A stretch of DNA of 64,000 bases from Octopus vulgaris (GCA_951406725.2 OX597817.1:13206001-13270000); one strand, 5' to 3'; shown: positions 1-14,142, numbered from the stretch's first letter. The notes: generated by a model from the letters alone, not told the origin. Numbers and translations: made by a program.

Positions 1-397
1 CAAGCACACAAAGCTATTTTGGCTGGTAAGAATTGCTTTTCTGAAGTTATTACTGTTGAACTTTATCATCATTTTGGGGTTGATTAAATAATTACTTGTC
101 ACATATTGGGCCAATTCAATTTTACTCTATTCATTTCAAGCAGTGTAAGAGATTCTTTTTTTTTTTTTTGGTCTGTAATGATTAAGGGTTTTTAATTTGG
201 TGCTTCATTTGGTTGCATTTGCTGTGATAGATTATTTTGAAATTTGAATGCTGCAAGATATATTCTAATGATTTAGCATTTTAAATTGAGCCTTTTCTGC
301 ATTTGTCAAATGTCATGTTTTTATGTTTACTTTTTGAATACATCAACACAATGTGAAACAGTTCTAATATGAACAATTTAATGTATTTCTTTTTCAG

Positions 398-453
398 CCC
401 GCTCCCCTGTATTTAATGCAATGTTTGAGCATGAAATGGAAGAAAGAAAACAG
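398..453 (+). CDS. SPOP: SPOP/roadkill-like BTB protein, internal coding exon (ARSPVFNAMFEHEMEERKQ); upstream exons lie outside the window
   Basis: ttttcAG acceptor at 396-397, GTaaat donor at 454; 56-nt exon whose translation matches the SPOP BTB motif ARSPVF.AMFEHEM.E. Confidence 0.95.
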
Positions 454-764
454 GTAAATGTGAAAATAGACATCTTTTATAAAATGCTTTATAAAATTTA
501 TATTTTTAAATTATTTTTGATACCTGATTTGCGAAAACAATGGCTGTGAAGTTAAGGCACCCCTGTTATTGATCACATGGCCTTAGTTGAGATCTCTACT
601 GTCAACGTGGTGTGTATCCGAAAAAGATATCTGGCTCTGATAGCTCCAGTTTACTTACCCGTCTGCAAATACCTCACATAAAAACAAACAAAAAAAAGTC
701 CCATGTCATGTTCAAGTGGCTATTGGTAGGTAGAGTATGTAGTCAAAAGAATAATTTCTCTAAC

Positions 765-955
765 GCAGGTGGCACGTAAAAAGCACCCACTACACTCACA
801 GAGTGGTTGGCGTTAGGAAGGGCATCCAGCTGTAGAAACATTGCCAGATAAGACTGGAGCCTGGTGCAGCCTTCTGGCTTCCCAGATCCCCGGTCAAACC
901 GTCCAACCCATGCCAGCATGGAGAACAGACGTTAAACGATGATGATGATGATGAT
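765..955 (+). mobile_element. SINE family B 3' part, (GAT)n tail
   Basis: gcacccactacactc...ccatgccagcatggagaacagacgttaaacgatgatgat; related copies at 3230-3392, 3860-4351, 6168-6311, 17510-17615. Confidence 0.8.
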
Positions 956-1636
956 AGACTATTTTCCCCATACAAACATGGAGAAAGTAGGTGTTAATTG
1001 GTTTATACCCTTCATTTGTGATCTGTTGAATTGGATCTTCAAGTTTTGTTGCTTTGATGCAATTAGTTTCAAGTACTGTGCAAAAACAAATTAAATTTAC
1101 TATCACTCCAAATACTTATTAATATTGCAGGCATTTGTCTGATTTTGCAAGGACTATTTCATTGCTCAATTAAAAGTGGGTTTCTAGTTTTGATTTAGCT
1201 ATTAAAAGTAAACACTTCCCTAGTTTCCAAAATTCATTGTTGCTGCATGTGGTATCAGCAATGCAGTCAACAGTGCCAGGCATGCAAATTGAGTTAAACT
1301 GCATGCTTATGAGCTCCAGCTTTCTCTCTCATGCCTTCATACCATGTCTAATAGAACTTTCCCAGATGCATTCTATCAATGCTTGTGTCCTGTTGTCTTC
1401 AACAACACTCTTTTCTATGGAGGTGATGTCATCCTTCATTTCTTCCTGCTCTTTTTTTTGCATACAAGCTTCATCTTCATGAGTAGAGATATCCAAAACA
1501 ATTATCTCAATCTTATTTCCCTCAGCAGCACCAAGACAATCACTACACACACACACACGCACATTCTATGCCTGCACAGATAACAGATGTTAAAAAAATT
1601 ATGCTTATCTACATACATATACAGCCTAATCATTAC

Positions 1637-1694
<58 letters not shown>

Positions 1695-2431
1695 CATACT
1701 ACTTAAAAACAATGCATCCTCTCCTCTTAAACGTGAACGGCATATAATTAGAATGTTCAAATTCTCTGCAAATGCCAGGATTCACCATAACTAGCAGTGC
1801 CATTTCCTCAACATTACAAAAGCTATATCATAGTTACCCTTCATTTTTGGGACCAGAAAATACTTTTTACAGTTGTTAGTAATCCTATACAAAGCTCAAG
1901 AAATAGCAATGGAATCTCCCTTTTATCACACACAGCCATCTTAAAAAAACAGTGGCATTAGAATACTGTTCCCATACCTGGAATGGTATTGCTACTCCAC
2001 ATACAAATATCTTAGATTGTGTCCAAAAGAAAGGGTCGCCAATTTCATGGATGAAATCATTCCCTAGCACACTTCTACCTCTGACCTATAGATGTGCCAC
2101 TTCTATCTCTGCTGCAGTGGTTGCAGTTCTTCAGTGCTTGCTGATCTTCTGCCATCTTCACTTAGGCCCACTTGACTTACTCATTGTTCCTCAGACTGGC
2201 CACTTTACTCACTCAACTGTTTTGAGGTTGTCAGCCTTCTAGATTGTTTTTGTTGCCTGTGTCTTTCCTACAAGGGTTCAAGAACATCGGCTACATGTGA
2301 TTCACTGATCTCCAAGACCTGTGAAGGTCACAAACAGCCCCATTCACTCACACCAAGCTATTAAAAAATTTAAACATTTGACAAACTACAAAATCATCAT
2401 CCTTTTGGATGATGATTTTGTACTTTGTCAA

Positions 2432-3060
2432 ATCATCATCGTTTAACGTCCGTTTTCCATGCTAGCTCGAAGGTCGTGCTTGACCACCTCATCCCATGTC
2501 TTCCTGGGTCTACCTCTGCCTTGGATTCCTTCAACTGTTTAGGAGTGGCACTTCTTCACACATCTCTCCTCATCCATCTGTAGTACATGACCATACCATA
2601 ACGTCTCTCTTGCATGCCACATCCAATGCTTCTTATATCCAACATTTCTCTCAGGGTGCTTACACTCTGCCGTGTGTGCACACTGACATTACACATCCAG
2701 AGGATCATGCTAGCTTCATTTCTTTCAAGCCTATGCATGTACTCTGTAGTCACAGACCGTGTTTCACTACCGTGAAGCATGGCAGTTCGCACACATGCGT
2801 CGTACAATCTACCTTTCACTCTGAGCGAGCGACCTTTTGTCACCAGTAGGGGTAAAAGCTTTCCAAACTTTGCCCAGGCTATTCGTATTCTAGTGGTGAC
2901 ACTCTCTGAGCATCCACCTTCACTACTAACTTGGTCACCTAGGTAGCGGAAGCTATCAACTACTTCTAGTTTCTTCCCCTGGAGTGTGATGGAATCTGTT
3001 TTCTGAGTATCTATGGTGTCTATTGCCCCTGTGCATTCTGCAAGGGGCTCACAGCTACAA
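2432..3060 (-). mobile_element. RTE-clade LINE 3' fragment
   Basis: minus-strand KGRLYDACVRTAMLHGSET and RGRPRKTWDEVVKHDL, then a (GAT)n tail. Confidence 0.85.
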
Positions 3061-3229
3061 TTTCCATTTGATTTGATTTTGATATTGCTGACGTTGATGT
3101 ACTTTACTCGGCATTGGCCACGTTTGGATGGTTCTTTTTACGTGTTACCGGCACAGGGCTCACAACTACTAGCTTTGATATTATGGCAACAGTCTGGATA
3201 CTTATTGATCAGACCACATGTATGTACCC

Positions 3230-3392
3230 AACACACTCTGTAAAGTGGTTGGCCGTAGGAAGGGCATCCAGCTGTAGAACCCATGCCACAACAGACAATT
3301 GAAGTCTGGACAGCTCCCCTGCTGGCCAGTTCCCTGTCAAACCATCCAGCCCATGCGAGCATGGAAAACGAATGTTAAACTATGATAATGAT
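3230..3392 (+). mobile_element. SINE family B fragment
   Basis: aagggcatccagctgtagaa...ccatgcgagcatggaaaacgaatgttaaac, similar to 765-955. Confidence 0.7.
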
Positions 3393-3859
3393 GGACCAGA
3401 ATGCTTTGATTTGGTCTGCTTGATCAAGACTAACTTAGGGTTAACAACAAAAATAAGTTGCTCATATTTTTGTTTCAACATATCTAGCAAATATAGATTG
3501 CTTATTAGGAATCAATTATATCTTGTCATTAGCTTTCACTTCTCTTCCATTTTTCTCATTACAACTGATCGTTAATTTTAAGTTGACACTAGATTTTCTA
3601 ATAGCCATGCAACAGCACTAGGTGGTCTGCTTTGCTTCTACTGCTAGTCTGTTTTTCCTATTTCATATTACATTTATGTTAGTCTTATGGTAGCATTTTG
3701 TATTTAACTGCTGTTTGAAAAATATTCGATTAAGACTGAACATAACTGGGCTGTACATAAATGTTAGCATTTTACATTCTTTGCAAGCATTAATCATTGG
3801 TTGGTTTCTGTTGGCTGTGACAATTCCATCAAGTATATTAATTCTTGCGAAGACCTGTT

Positions 3860-4351
3860 TAGGCAAGTGAAATCGAAATCAAACTCCATGACTGGCATCC
3901 GTTGCTAGTGGAGCGCTAAGAGTATCATACGAGTGAGATTGATTGCCAGAGCAACAAGCTGGCCTCCATGTCAATGGCTCATTAAACACACCATTCGAGT
4001 GTGATCGTTACCTGCTTCGCCTTAACTAGCACCTGTGCTGGTGGCACATGAAAGAAAACATTCGAGTGAGGTCATTGCCAGTGCCACTGGACTGGCTCCT
4101 GTGCAGGTGGCACATAAAAAGCACCATTTGAGCGTGGCTGTTGCCAGTACCACCAAACTGGCCCTCGTGCTGGTGGCATGTAAAAAGCACCCACTACACT
4201 CTCGGAGTGGTTGGCGTTAGGAAGAGCATCCAGCTGTAGATTCTCTGCCAGATCAGATTGGAGTCTGGGGCAGCCATCTGGTTCGCCAGACCTCAGTCAA
4301 ATCGTCCAACCCATGCTAGCATGGAAAGCGGACGTTAAATGATGATGCTGA
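3860..4351 (+). mobile_element. SINE family B, longer copy with internal imperfect repeats
   Basis: three gtgc(t/a)ggtggca.. subrepeats followed by the family B 3' tail. Confidence 0.75.
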
Positions 4352-5454
4352 TCTTATCATTTTTAAATTGCATATTTGATCCATTTGATACCAACCTGCA
4401 TGAGATTGTCTGGTATTGTGATACAAAAACTTTTTGTTTAAAGTGTTCATTATTATTTAAATTGAAACCTCTCAAAATAATTTTATGAAGAACCTTTTGT
4501 TATGTTCCAAATACTGGCTTAAAGTCATTTCTTGAAATCCCTTAAAATTTTTGAATATTTTCAAAATTAATTGAATGTTGTATGCAGTGTATTTTAATAG
4601 AAATATGGTCATAAAGTGTAAACCCTTGGCTAGTTTTGCTTATGAGTGCTCATTTAATTCTATTTCATTAAAATGTTTTCTCATTTCACATTTGCATATT
4701 GTCAGTACCTGTATTAATTGCATATTATTTCATCATGTAAGTCATGAGATGTTTTGTAGAAGTCTTAACTTTCCTCTGTCTTTAAGAGCCTCTTATATAA
4801 GAATCTTTTCAAACACTGATGTATTTCAAACATTTGGCTGATATTTCAAATTTGAAATGAAAGGAAAACAAAAATAAGTTTGTTTTCTAACAATTTGGCC
4901 TAAGATATAGCATTTCTTCTTGATGCTGTAATTATTACAACCTATGATTTAACTTGGTTTGTGGTTCAAATTTTCAATGTAGTCTACATTTTCAAAGGAG
5001 TGAATGAGAAAAATCAAAGTTATGGTTTAGAAATATTTGTTATAGTCTAAAAAAAGTAAGTTCAAAAAGTACTTAAATGTTATAGCAAGTAGTGAATGTT
5101 TTTGATCATTACAATCTAGCAAGTAATAAGAAAACCGTTTTGCTAAGTGCTTAGTGAAGTGTGCATTTTAACACAACTGATAAGATGCATAAGTGTTATA
5201 TTTCAGAAAGTGGTGAAAGGTTCTTTTAATTATAGCAAAGCTTTTTTATGAGTATTACATGCTTGCTTTTGTTTAGTAGCTAAAACATGCTGAAAATATA
5301 AGGGTATCAAGATGTACTCTTATTCCTGTTGTAGAACTGAGGTAAATTAAAAAAAGTATAGGGAGTTGAAGTATAAGAATTCTAGAGAGGAAGTACAAGG
5401 AAGATGAAACTGGATTAACAAGTCTTTTGAGTTCATATATTCCTTTATTTTTTA

Positions 5455-5740
5455 CTAGTTTCAGTCACTGGAGCACTGCCTTGAAGGGTTTATTTGAACA
5501 ATCACCTTCCCCTAGTCTGAGGCATTTGACTTTATCTCCTTTATGAAACTGCTAAATTATAGGAATGTAAACAAACCAACACCAGTTGTCTAGGGGTGGT
5601 GGGGGACAAACACGGATGTGTGTGTGTACACACACACACACAGAGAAAGAGTAAGGCTTCCACACAGTTTCTATCCACCAGCTTCATTCAAAAGGATTTG
5701 CTGGCCTAGGGTCAAGAGACACTTGCCAGAGGTGCTACTT
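5455..5740 (-). mobile_element. diverged SINE family A copy
   Basis: gtttcagtca...taaacaaaccaacaccagttgtc...gggacaaacac...gacacttgcc, similar to family A. Confidence 0.6.
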
Positions 5741-5895
5741 AATGAAAAGTTTTTAAAGAAGCCAGAGTAATTAAAATGAAGGAAAGCATTTTAGGTAGTT
5801 TATTTTGTAGATATGACCCTATAAGACTGAAGAGAGATAAAGGTTTTTTTTTACAGTTTACTCTAAACATTCCATGTATTTTTATTCTGTTTCAG

Positions 5896-6018
5896 AACCG
5901 TGTGGAAATAACAGATGTAGACCATGAAGTAATGCGAGAAATGTTACGCTTTATTTACACTGGTAAAGCACCAAACTTAGAGAAAATGGCAGATGATCTT
6001 TTAGCAGCAGCAGATAAA
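5896..6018 (+). CDS. SPOP: SPOP coding exon ([41 protein letters not shown])
   Basis: ttcAG acceptor and GTgag donor, 123 nt, in frame with the previous exon; C-terminal part of BTB domain. Confidence 0.96.
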
Positions 6019-6167
6019 GTGAGTTTTTTTTCATATTTTAGAAATTTGTTTTCATGTCAACTCTTGTCAAATTGACCCATGATCAATGTCATTCTGACTA
6101 TAACAATGCACTCATCATTTCAGACATAGTTTATCATGAGACTACACTATCCAATATATTTCTTTTT

Positions 6168-6311
6168 CATCATCATCATCGTTTAACGTCCGTTCGCCAT
6201 GCTAGCATGGGTTGGACGGTTCGACCAGGGATCTGGGAAGCCAGAAGGCTGCTCCAGTCTGATCTGGCAGTGTTTCTACAGCTGGATGCCCTTCCTAATG
6301 CCAACCACTCC
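6168..6311 (-). mobile_element. SINE family B 3' part
   Basis: reverse-complement match to 765-955. Confidence 0.8.
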
Positions 6312-8169
6312 ATATTTCTTAAATATGGTAGTATGATTTTAGAAAGATTTGGCTGCTATTACTAGCAGGTCAATCGATTATGTAGAAGCTACATCATTGG
6401 CTTATAGGAATTCAAATTCTTAAAAGCAATTGATTCTTCTTGTTTGAGTTATGCTGTCTGGGGACTGGCATGTGAAAGAATAGCCCCAACATTTCCTCTG
6501 TGTTGTAAAAGACAAGGAGAAGAGGTTGAAGCAGGATTTGTTCTTTGACCTTGTAAAACCATCATCAGTAACAACTACCAAATAGATCCCATATGTTGGA
6601 AGGTTGTCATGTGAATAGTGCAAAGGTCGTCCATCAGGAGTAGGAAACTACACCACTAAATGGTGGACACAGTCACAAACTGTTATAGTGCTTGCACTCA
6701 TATTACTACTACTACTATACTACTACTGCATAGCTGACTGAATGATTCAGGATTTTAATCAAATTCCAGTTATTGGTAGCTCTGTTTTACATGCATTGAA
6801 GTATTTCATAGATGTAGCTCTGACAGAGCATCATAGGTTGTCAGTCCCAAGTGAATCAGTTTTTCTCTACCTTTAAAATATCAACTGACTACTTACACAT
6901 AATTGCATGTGTACACACAGACTGTCACAGACAATGCCCTTCTGATAAGCTGTATTCAAAATGAAAAGTTTCAAAACCCATTTCCTGGGTGCTAATTTTA
7001 CACATCTAATCACCCAGATACTGACACAAATGAAAATTAGTTAATGCCAAAAGCTGCTTTAATACAAGCAGCATACATATTTACTAAAGTATTTGTTGTA
7101 ACACACATCCCATTAAATCTCAACACATTTGATAGTGTATTCAGAAATTTTATACAAATTGTCTAAAAGTGTAAAGAAGAAAGTAACCATGAATCTGTCC
7201 CACAAACAGTAAACTTGTTTGGCTCCCTGCATCATACTTTAACCTCTCATCACCTTGATTAAAGTGTCCACTCTTTCTCATTCAAAGGGGCTATTAAGTT
7301 TTGGAAATTTTCAAAGTGAACTTGTTAGTACTGGCTCCGCAAAAAAAAAAAAACTCTGTAAAGTGGCCTGCTTTAGAAATGCAAGATGTATCCTCTGACC
7401 CATTAGACCCTTTCATAATATATAGTCTATGGAAAGTAGATGTAAAAAGATACCTCTCTCACACATCTAAAAGTGTGATTCTGCATATTCTGGACTGCAT
7501 TGCTCAAAAAAAATTGCTGTTCAGTCATTGCTCAACACTGAGCTGTGCTATTGTTTTTCCATGCTTACTGTTTTCCTTGTTAAAATACCGATTTAGACAA
7601 TTTCTGATTCTCTTGACAGCGTGTCTTATGAGAATGACTGAAAGGGCACAGTTTGTCTGGTGATAAGTAGAACTTAATCACTGTTTTTTCTTGAACAACT
7701 TGAGATGTTAATAATAATAATTCCTACTAGGTTTTCCTGATTTCATAGCCAGAAAAACAGCCTTTGGTACTTTAACTTCTTTGGGTATTACAAATAAAAT
7801 GTGAACTACCAAATTAACTTTCAACTGTTTGGCATGGCGTAAAAAGCCGCATATAAGATTTGATAAATGAACCTTTTACTAGCACAGAATGCAGATAAAC
7901 ATGCATTTTGAATTAGGTATGGATCAATCCAAAGCCTCGTGGTTATGAAGCATAACAATTCAGCCATATTCACATGCATGCATGCTGACACCTCTCTTGT
8001 GTCATGGCATATTCATGCCGTTGATGAATCATGGCTTGTTCCTTCTCCATTTATTTCTTTCCCTTGCAACATCACCCAGGTCTTTCTCACTTTGCACGTT
8101 CATTCTTTACCTTCCTCTTGCTCTTCTTCCCATCAACTCAGTCTCCACCATCCATATGTTAGCAGCGAC

Positions 8170-9062
8170 CAGATGTAACACTTCCCTTTGCACAAAAAAT
8201 GCTCCTCGTATCCATAAAAGTCTTCTTTGCTAATCCAATTCTGCACTTGATGTCCTTACCTGACCTTCCATCTGATGTTATCCAACTTCCCAGATATATG
8301 AAACTGTCCTTCTGTTCTATCCCAGTTCAATTCACCGTCAGGCGACATTCGGGGGTACCTGTGCTTTCTTGGTACAGACCATTGAGAAGATTTTCTGGCA
8401 GTTAGTCAATCCAAGCTTTCCGCTCTCCTCAGTCACGATATCAATCAATCCCTGAAGCTGCTCTTCTGTGTCCACAAACAAAGCCATATCATCTCTCTTT
8501 ACTCTTTTACTTGTTTCAGTCATTTGACTGCGGCCATGCTGGAGCACTGCCTTTTCAGTCGAGCAAATCGACCCCGACACTTATTCTTTGTAAGCCCAGT
8601 ACTTATTCTATCGGTCTCTTTTGCCGAACCGCTAAGTGACGGGGACGTAAACACACCAGCATCGGTTGTCAAGCAATGCTAGGGGGACAAACATACACAC
8701 ACACTTAACCCGGAACCATGTGGTTGGTTAGCAAGCTACTTACCACACAGCCACTCCTGCACCATCTGCATACTTCAGATTGTTATAATTCCTTTCCCCC
8801 AGTTGTAGCCCTGCAATTGTCTTGATCTTGCTTAGAGCTTTCTCACTAGACAGGTTGAATAAATCAGGTGACAAAATACAACCCAGCTGGACGCCTTTCT
8901 GAATGTCAATCCATTCGCCCAATTTTCCATGCACTCTGATGGCTGCTTTCTGGTCCCAATACAATTTTCGAATCATTCTTAGATCTTTCCCATCAATCCC
9001 AAGTTTTCTAACATTCTCACCAACTCTTCTTCATCCTTGACATAGTCAAGCGCCTTGATGTA
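8170..9062 (-). mobile_element. RTE-clade LINE reverse transcriptase fragment, interrupted by a SINE
   Basis: KLYWDQKAAIRV...KGVQLGCILSPDLFNL...NNLKYAD|DMALFVDTEEQLQGL; YADD is restored when 8495-8763 and one TSD copy are removed. Confidence 0.88.
8495..8763 (-). mobile_element. SINE family A, internally deleted
   Basis: head ggtgcaggagtggctgtgtggtaag and tail gactgaaacaagtaaaagag; ATCT on both flanks. Confidence 0.9.
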
Positions 9063-9085
9063 CAAGTCTTTTTGTTTCTCTATAC

Positions 9086-9304
9086 CAGTGGTTTTCAACC
9101 AGGGTTCCACGGAACCTTAGGGTTCTGCCAGTATAGTCCAGGGGTTCCGCAAGAAGTTACAAAACTTCTAAAATCGGCAGTAATTTTTAATTCTCCTGTG
9201 CAGATATGTGTGCATAAGACTATTAAATTATTGCACAGGGGTTCCTTGAGCCAGTGGAATGTTTCCTTGGGGTTTCGCTCCAGCAAAAATGTTGAAAAGC
9301 ACTG
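9086..9304. mobile_element. hAT-type MITE
   Basis: TIR cagtggttttcaac / gttgaaaagcactg; 8-bp TSD ctctatac at 9078-9085 and 9305-9312. Confidence 0.9.
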
Positions 9305-9805
9305 CTCTATACACTTTCCTACCAACGTCCTCAAACACATATCACTGAAGGGAGGTAACTTCCTAAAAAAAAAAAATGTATACTAAGTGGCGTCACAGCA
9401 CGACTGCAGGCCAATGACTGAAACCATTTAATACAGTGTGTGTGTATTCCTCCGAGAGGGATATGATGTCCTACGTACTCATGAAAGTCATGTGGAGCTT
9501 AATCAAACTATTATATTGTTATATTTGGGGATTGTCATTTCCCTTTTTGTTCATTTTGCCAATAAATGCATGCCCTACTTATTTGATCTTCACTGCAGAT
9601 CAAATAAATAATGCATGTGTTTATTGGCAAAAAATAATAAAAGAAAACCTTCCTTAATATAACTGTTTCAATACACAATTTCACACCAAGTATTATGTAA
9701 AAGAAACACACACACATATATATAAACGAGGGGAATGAGGTGGGCAGGTCCTTCTATTACCTTATCTTAAAATTATTTTACTTGAATTCAATTTCATGAA
9801 TAATT

Positions 9806-10115
9806 ACTCTCTCTTTTACTTGTTTCAGTCATTTGACTGCGGTCATGCTGGAGCACCGCCTTTTTAATCGAGCAAATCGACCCCGGGGCTTATTCTCTGT
9901 AAGCCTAGCATTTATTCTATCGGTCTCTTTTGCCGAACTGCTAAGTGACGGGCACGTAAACACACCAGCATCGGTTGTCAAGCAATGCTAGGGGGACAAA
10001 CACACACACACACACACACACATCATTCATACATACATACATACATACATACATACATACATACATACATACATACATACATACATACATACATACACAC
10101 ACACATACACACACA

Positions 10116-10194
<79 letters not shown>

Positions 10195-10347
10195 CTTTCA
10201 GTTTCCGTCTATCAAATCCACTCACAAGGCTTTGGTCGGCCCGGGGCTATAGCAGAAGACACTTGCCCAAAGTGCCACGCAGTGGGACTGAACCCGGAAC
10301 CATGTGGTTGGTTAGCAAGCTACTTACCACACAGCCACTCCTGCGCC
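9806..10347 (-). mobile_element. SINE family A (tRNA-like head, internal microsatellite)
   Basis: full head, (CATA)n/(CA)n middle and family tail. Confidence 0.9.
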
Positions 10348-10511
10348 TTATATTATGCAATAATATATGCAACTATTCATGAGATGTTATTGAAATTTGA
10401 CTCTTCAGCATTATGTATAAAAGTTATTTGCTGTATCAAATTGGGCATGGTTACATTTGCATATTACAAGCTAAACAAAGCAAACCCTGGTTTGAATTAA
10501 TTGGTCAAGAA

Positions 10512-11081
10512 CAAGGGTTCTCAACCATTTTTTACTTTTATCTATGGACCCCTTTGATTGCTACTTTATTCTGGTGGACAGCTATAGCCATTCGATGTTT
10601 AAGCACTAGTTTTAGACATACTTCTTTCAAAATTCCTATTGTGTTTTTCACGCATTTACTTGTGTAGGTTGAACCATGTAAAATGTTAGGGAAAGAAAGC
10701 TAGCATTTTCTTGCAATGCATACCAGTACATATATCTAAAACAAAATGATTTTAAGAGCCCTTAAAATACCTATTTCTTTATTACCCACAAGGAGCTAAA
10801 CACAGGGGACAAACAAGGACAGACATAGGTATTAAGTCGATTACATCGACCCCAGTGCGTAACTGGTACTTAATTTATCGACCCCGAAAGGATGAAAGGC
10901 AAAGTCGACCTCGGCGGAATTTGAACTCACAACGTAACGCAGACGAAATACCGCTAAGCATTTCACCCGGCGTGCTAACGTTTCTGCCAGCTCGCCGCCT
11001 TAAAATACCATTGTGGGTCCCCAGTTATTTTGTTGCATGGACCCCATAAAATCTTATATAGATCTTGGTTGAGAACCAGTG
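10512..11081. mobile_element. hAT-type MITE with a nested SINE
   Basis: TIR caagggttctcaacc / ggttgagaaccagtg; 8-bp TSD gtcaagaa at 10504-10511 and 11082-11089. Confidence 0.85.
10771..10999 (-). mobile_element. SINE family C (ggcggcgagctggcagaa head)
   Basis: matches 38701-38935; flanked by duplicated ttaaaatacc. Confidence 0.85.
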
Positions 11082-12592
11082 GTCAAGAAGAATGATGAAT
11101 TAAAAAAAAAATGAAAAGTATACAAAAAAAAACACAGTTTTGTTTATGGACAAAATAATAAGTTGTAGGTTAATGATTTCTCAGTCGTGCATAGAATATT
11201 CTTTTATAAAAAATAAATGTAGATATACTGGTACTTCAGCAGGCATTTTCATAAAGATACCAAAATTTAAAAGTTCATAGTTCAAAAAAATTCCTTCTAA
11301 TCAAATGAGATGTACTCTTGAGGGTTAACACCTGAATGAAATTACACACACACATACACAAAATGTAAGTGCAGTATGGTCAAATGATTAAGAAATTTGA
11401 TTTGTACCCATAAGGTCTTAGGTTCAACTCTGCAAGGCGTCTTGAACATATTGCAGGCTTTTTGTATTCAAAGCCAATGTTTTACCTCTGCATGAGTTGT
11501 CTGTTCTTTGTTTACATCTTATTTAAACATATTTTATTTCCACAATAATTTAATACCTCTTCCCAATAATCCTCTGTCATATTAGCTTTTCTTTTTATTG
11601 GCATTTCAGTGCAACACAGTATGTAAGTATATTGAAAGCTTATTTGGGCCAATTTGATAAATTAATTGTTTTAACTTTTCATAATGCATTACATAGCCTG
11701 AAACTTTCATTCCTCTCTATAACTACTTTTCAAAAAAGCCTTATTCAGGAATTTAAGATATTTAACAAAATTATATTATATTAAATCGGTTAAACTTAGA
11801 GGACATTTCTTTGTTCTCCATCAAATTTATCAAATATAAAAGCTGTATTACAGAATAAGCTGACATTCAAAATATTGTTGAGAAAAGAAAATTGAATGCC
11901 AGACACTCAGTGGCCACCCAGGTTTCCTATCTTGGTCCGTATCTCATTTTCTTAGTATATCTCTCTTTTGTCATAGCGTGTGGTTGTTTCTTAGTATAAT
12001 ATTACTTTAGAACACTTTAACTGTCCACATTCTGTATTTTATTAAGTTTTCAATTTTTAAAAGTAGAGCTCATCAAGCACATTCAATTTCTGATGCTATT
12101 TATATGTCAAGGGATTTTTCCCTTTTTAACTTGGTAGCAAAGAAAAAGTACTATTTCATGAAAGACACTTGTAACAAAAGAAAGTTACAGTGGCACACTA
12201 CATTAGCATTTCATGTTTACTCTTCCATGCTGACATGTGTCAAATAGTTTTCCTGAGGGTTTGTTTTACAGCTGGTTGCCCTTCCTGTCAACAACTCTTA
12301 ATACCTGTTTTAGAACCAGCACTACTAATTAGATTAATAAATAAAACAAGTATTAAATATTGAAGATGATTGTAGAAACTGTCATCGTCCATAAATAATG
12401 ATTGCTTAAATGAAAGCTGAATGTCTGGTTTGGTAATTCTCTTGAGCTGACACCTGTCTGTAATTGTCTAACAAAAATATCCACAGGTTTACCTGGGTTT
12501 TTGGAACCTACTTTTTTAAAAATCTTTGTTTTTAATGTTCATGTTTTAAGAATTTCTCATCAGAAGTACGCTTTCTGTTGTTTTTTTTCTAG

Positions 12593-12735
12593 TATGCTCT
12601 TGAGCGATTGAAAGTAATGTGTGAAGAAGCACTTTGTTCCAGCCTCACCATTGATAGTGTCTGTGAGATACTAGTCTTAGCAGATTTACACAGTGCTGAC
12701 CAGCTCAAGACACATGCCATAGATTTTATAAATAG
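12593..12735 (+). CDS. SPOP: SPOP coding exon ([47 protein letters not shown])
   Basis: polypyrimidine tract plus ctAG acceptor, GTgtg donor, 143 nt; BTB/BACK junction typical of SPOP. Confidence 0.95.
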
Positions 12736-13921
12736 GTGTGTAAGAAGTTTAATTATTTTCTGAATTTTTTCTTTGTCTGTTGGTATTTGTGAATGTGGTC
12801 TCTAAAATTAATGAAATTTGATTCTAACTCTGTTGTTTACATGGCACACATAATCATATTCTCATAACCATTTTCAGGATAGTCTTATTTCAATTGTTAG
12901 AATTGAACTATATTTTCACTTCAGTCAACTGCACTGAAAATTTCTCTGTTCCTACTCTGATTCTCAGTGCAGTTATCAGGATTACTTTTTCCACTGAGAA
13001 ATGGGCCTAGAATGTGTACTAAACAAAAATTTTCATGTATGTTAGTTGAAGTGAGTGCAGGTATTGAGGATTTTTTTGATGGGGTGGGTGGGGGAGTGGA
13101 AATATTAAAACTCTATAATATTTTTTAAAATGCTATCCATGGCAGTGCCCCAGCATGGCCACAGCTCGTGAACTGAAACTGGATTAAAAAAGAAAAAATT
13201 TTTTTTAAATGTCTGAATAGGCTTAAAAGTATGGAAAATTAAACTCTAGAAGATGAATGATTAAAACTATCAGTATCTCTTTATTAAAATTTAAAGAACC
13301 ATAAACATCTAAATTGATAATCTCTAGATGGTACAAGCATGGCTGTATGGGAAGAAACTTGCTTCCCTTACATGGCCATGGATTCAGTCTGACTGTGGTA
13401 ACTTGGCAAGTGCCTTCTATTAGAGCCTGGGCGATGACCCTAAGCTTTGTGAGTGAATTTGGTAGACAGAACTGAAAGCAGCTCATTGGGTGTGTGTGGT
13501 CCAGTGCAGCTTTGATTTAGATGAACTAAAGGCTTTTAAATCATGATGATCTCATTTGTTTTATGCCACAGTGTATATAGGACTACATTATTTAGTGTAT
13601 CCTTTCTTATTAATATGGTAGAATGTTGTTTGAGGTAGGTTTAGCTGCTATTTTTAGCAGATCAACTGATCAGTAAAGAAGTCTCTTTAATGGTTCAAGT
13701 CCAACCCATGCCACCCTGGAAGATGGATATTAAATTATGACTGATGACAATGATCAGTCCCTTTAAATTAACGACAGAATAATGGTAGAGATTCTGAAGA
13801 AAACGCTGAATAGGGTCAACATAGATCCTATGTGCTTATAGAGGACATGTCTTGCAGACAGTCTGGAAACTAGTGTAAAACAATTTCTAGTTATTTATGA
13901 TAGTATGACAATTGGATTTAA

Positions 13922-14142
13922 CCCTTTCGTTACTGTATATATTTTGAGATGCTCTGTGTTTTTTTTCAATTACTTTAAATATAACAAAGAATTTAGTAAA
14001 ATAACTTAGTTACCATTAAGCTAGTGTTAGGAACATAAATTGTGACTAAGGTTTGGTGGAATAGTTTAATGCAAAACTTATGAAAACAAGACATTTGTAC
14101 TCAGAGCCAGAGCCAGTTTCAGCCGGGTTGGTAACGAAAGGG
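13922..14142. mobile_element. piggyBac-type MITE
   Basis: perfect 12-bp TIR ccctttcgttac / gtaacgaaaggg with TTAA on both sides. Confidence 0.9.

Noticed and set aside
5776-6075. 99-aa ORF as a stand-alone gene
   Set aside because: Only 5896-6018 is SPOP exon; the rest is intron read-through
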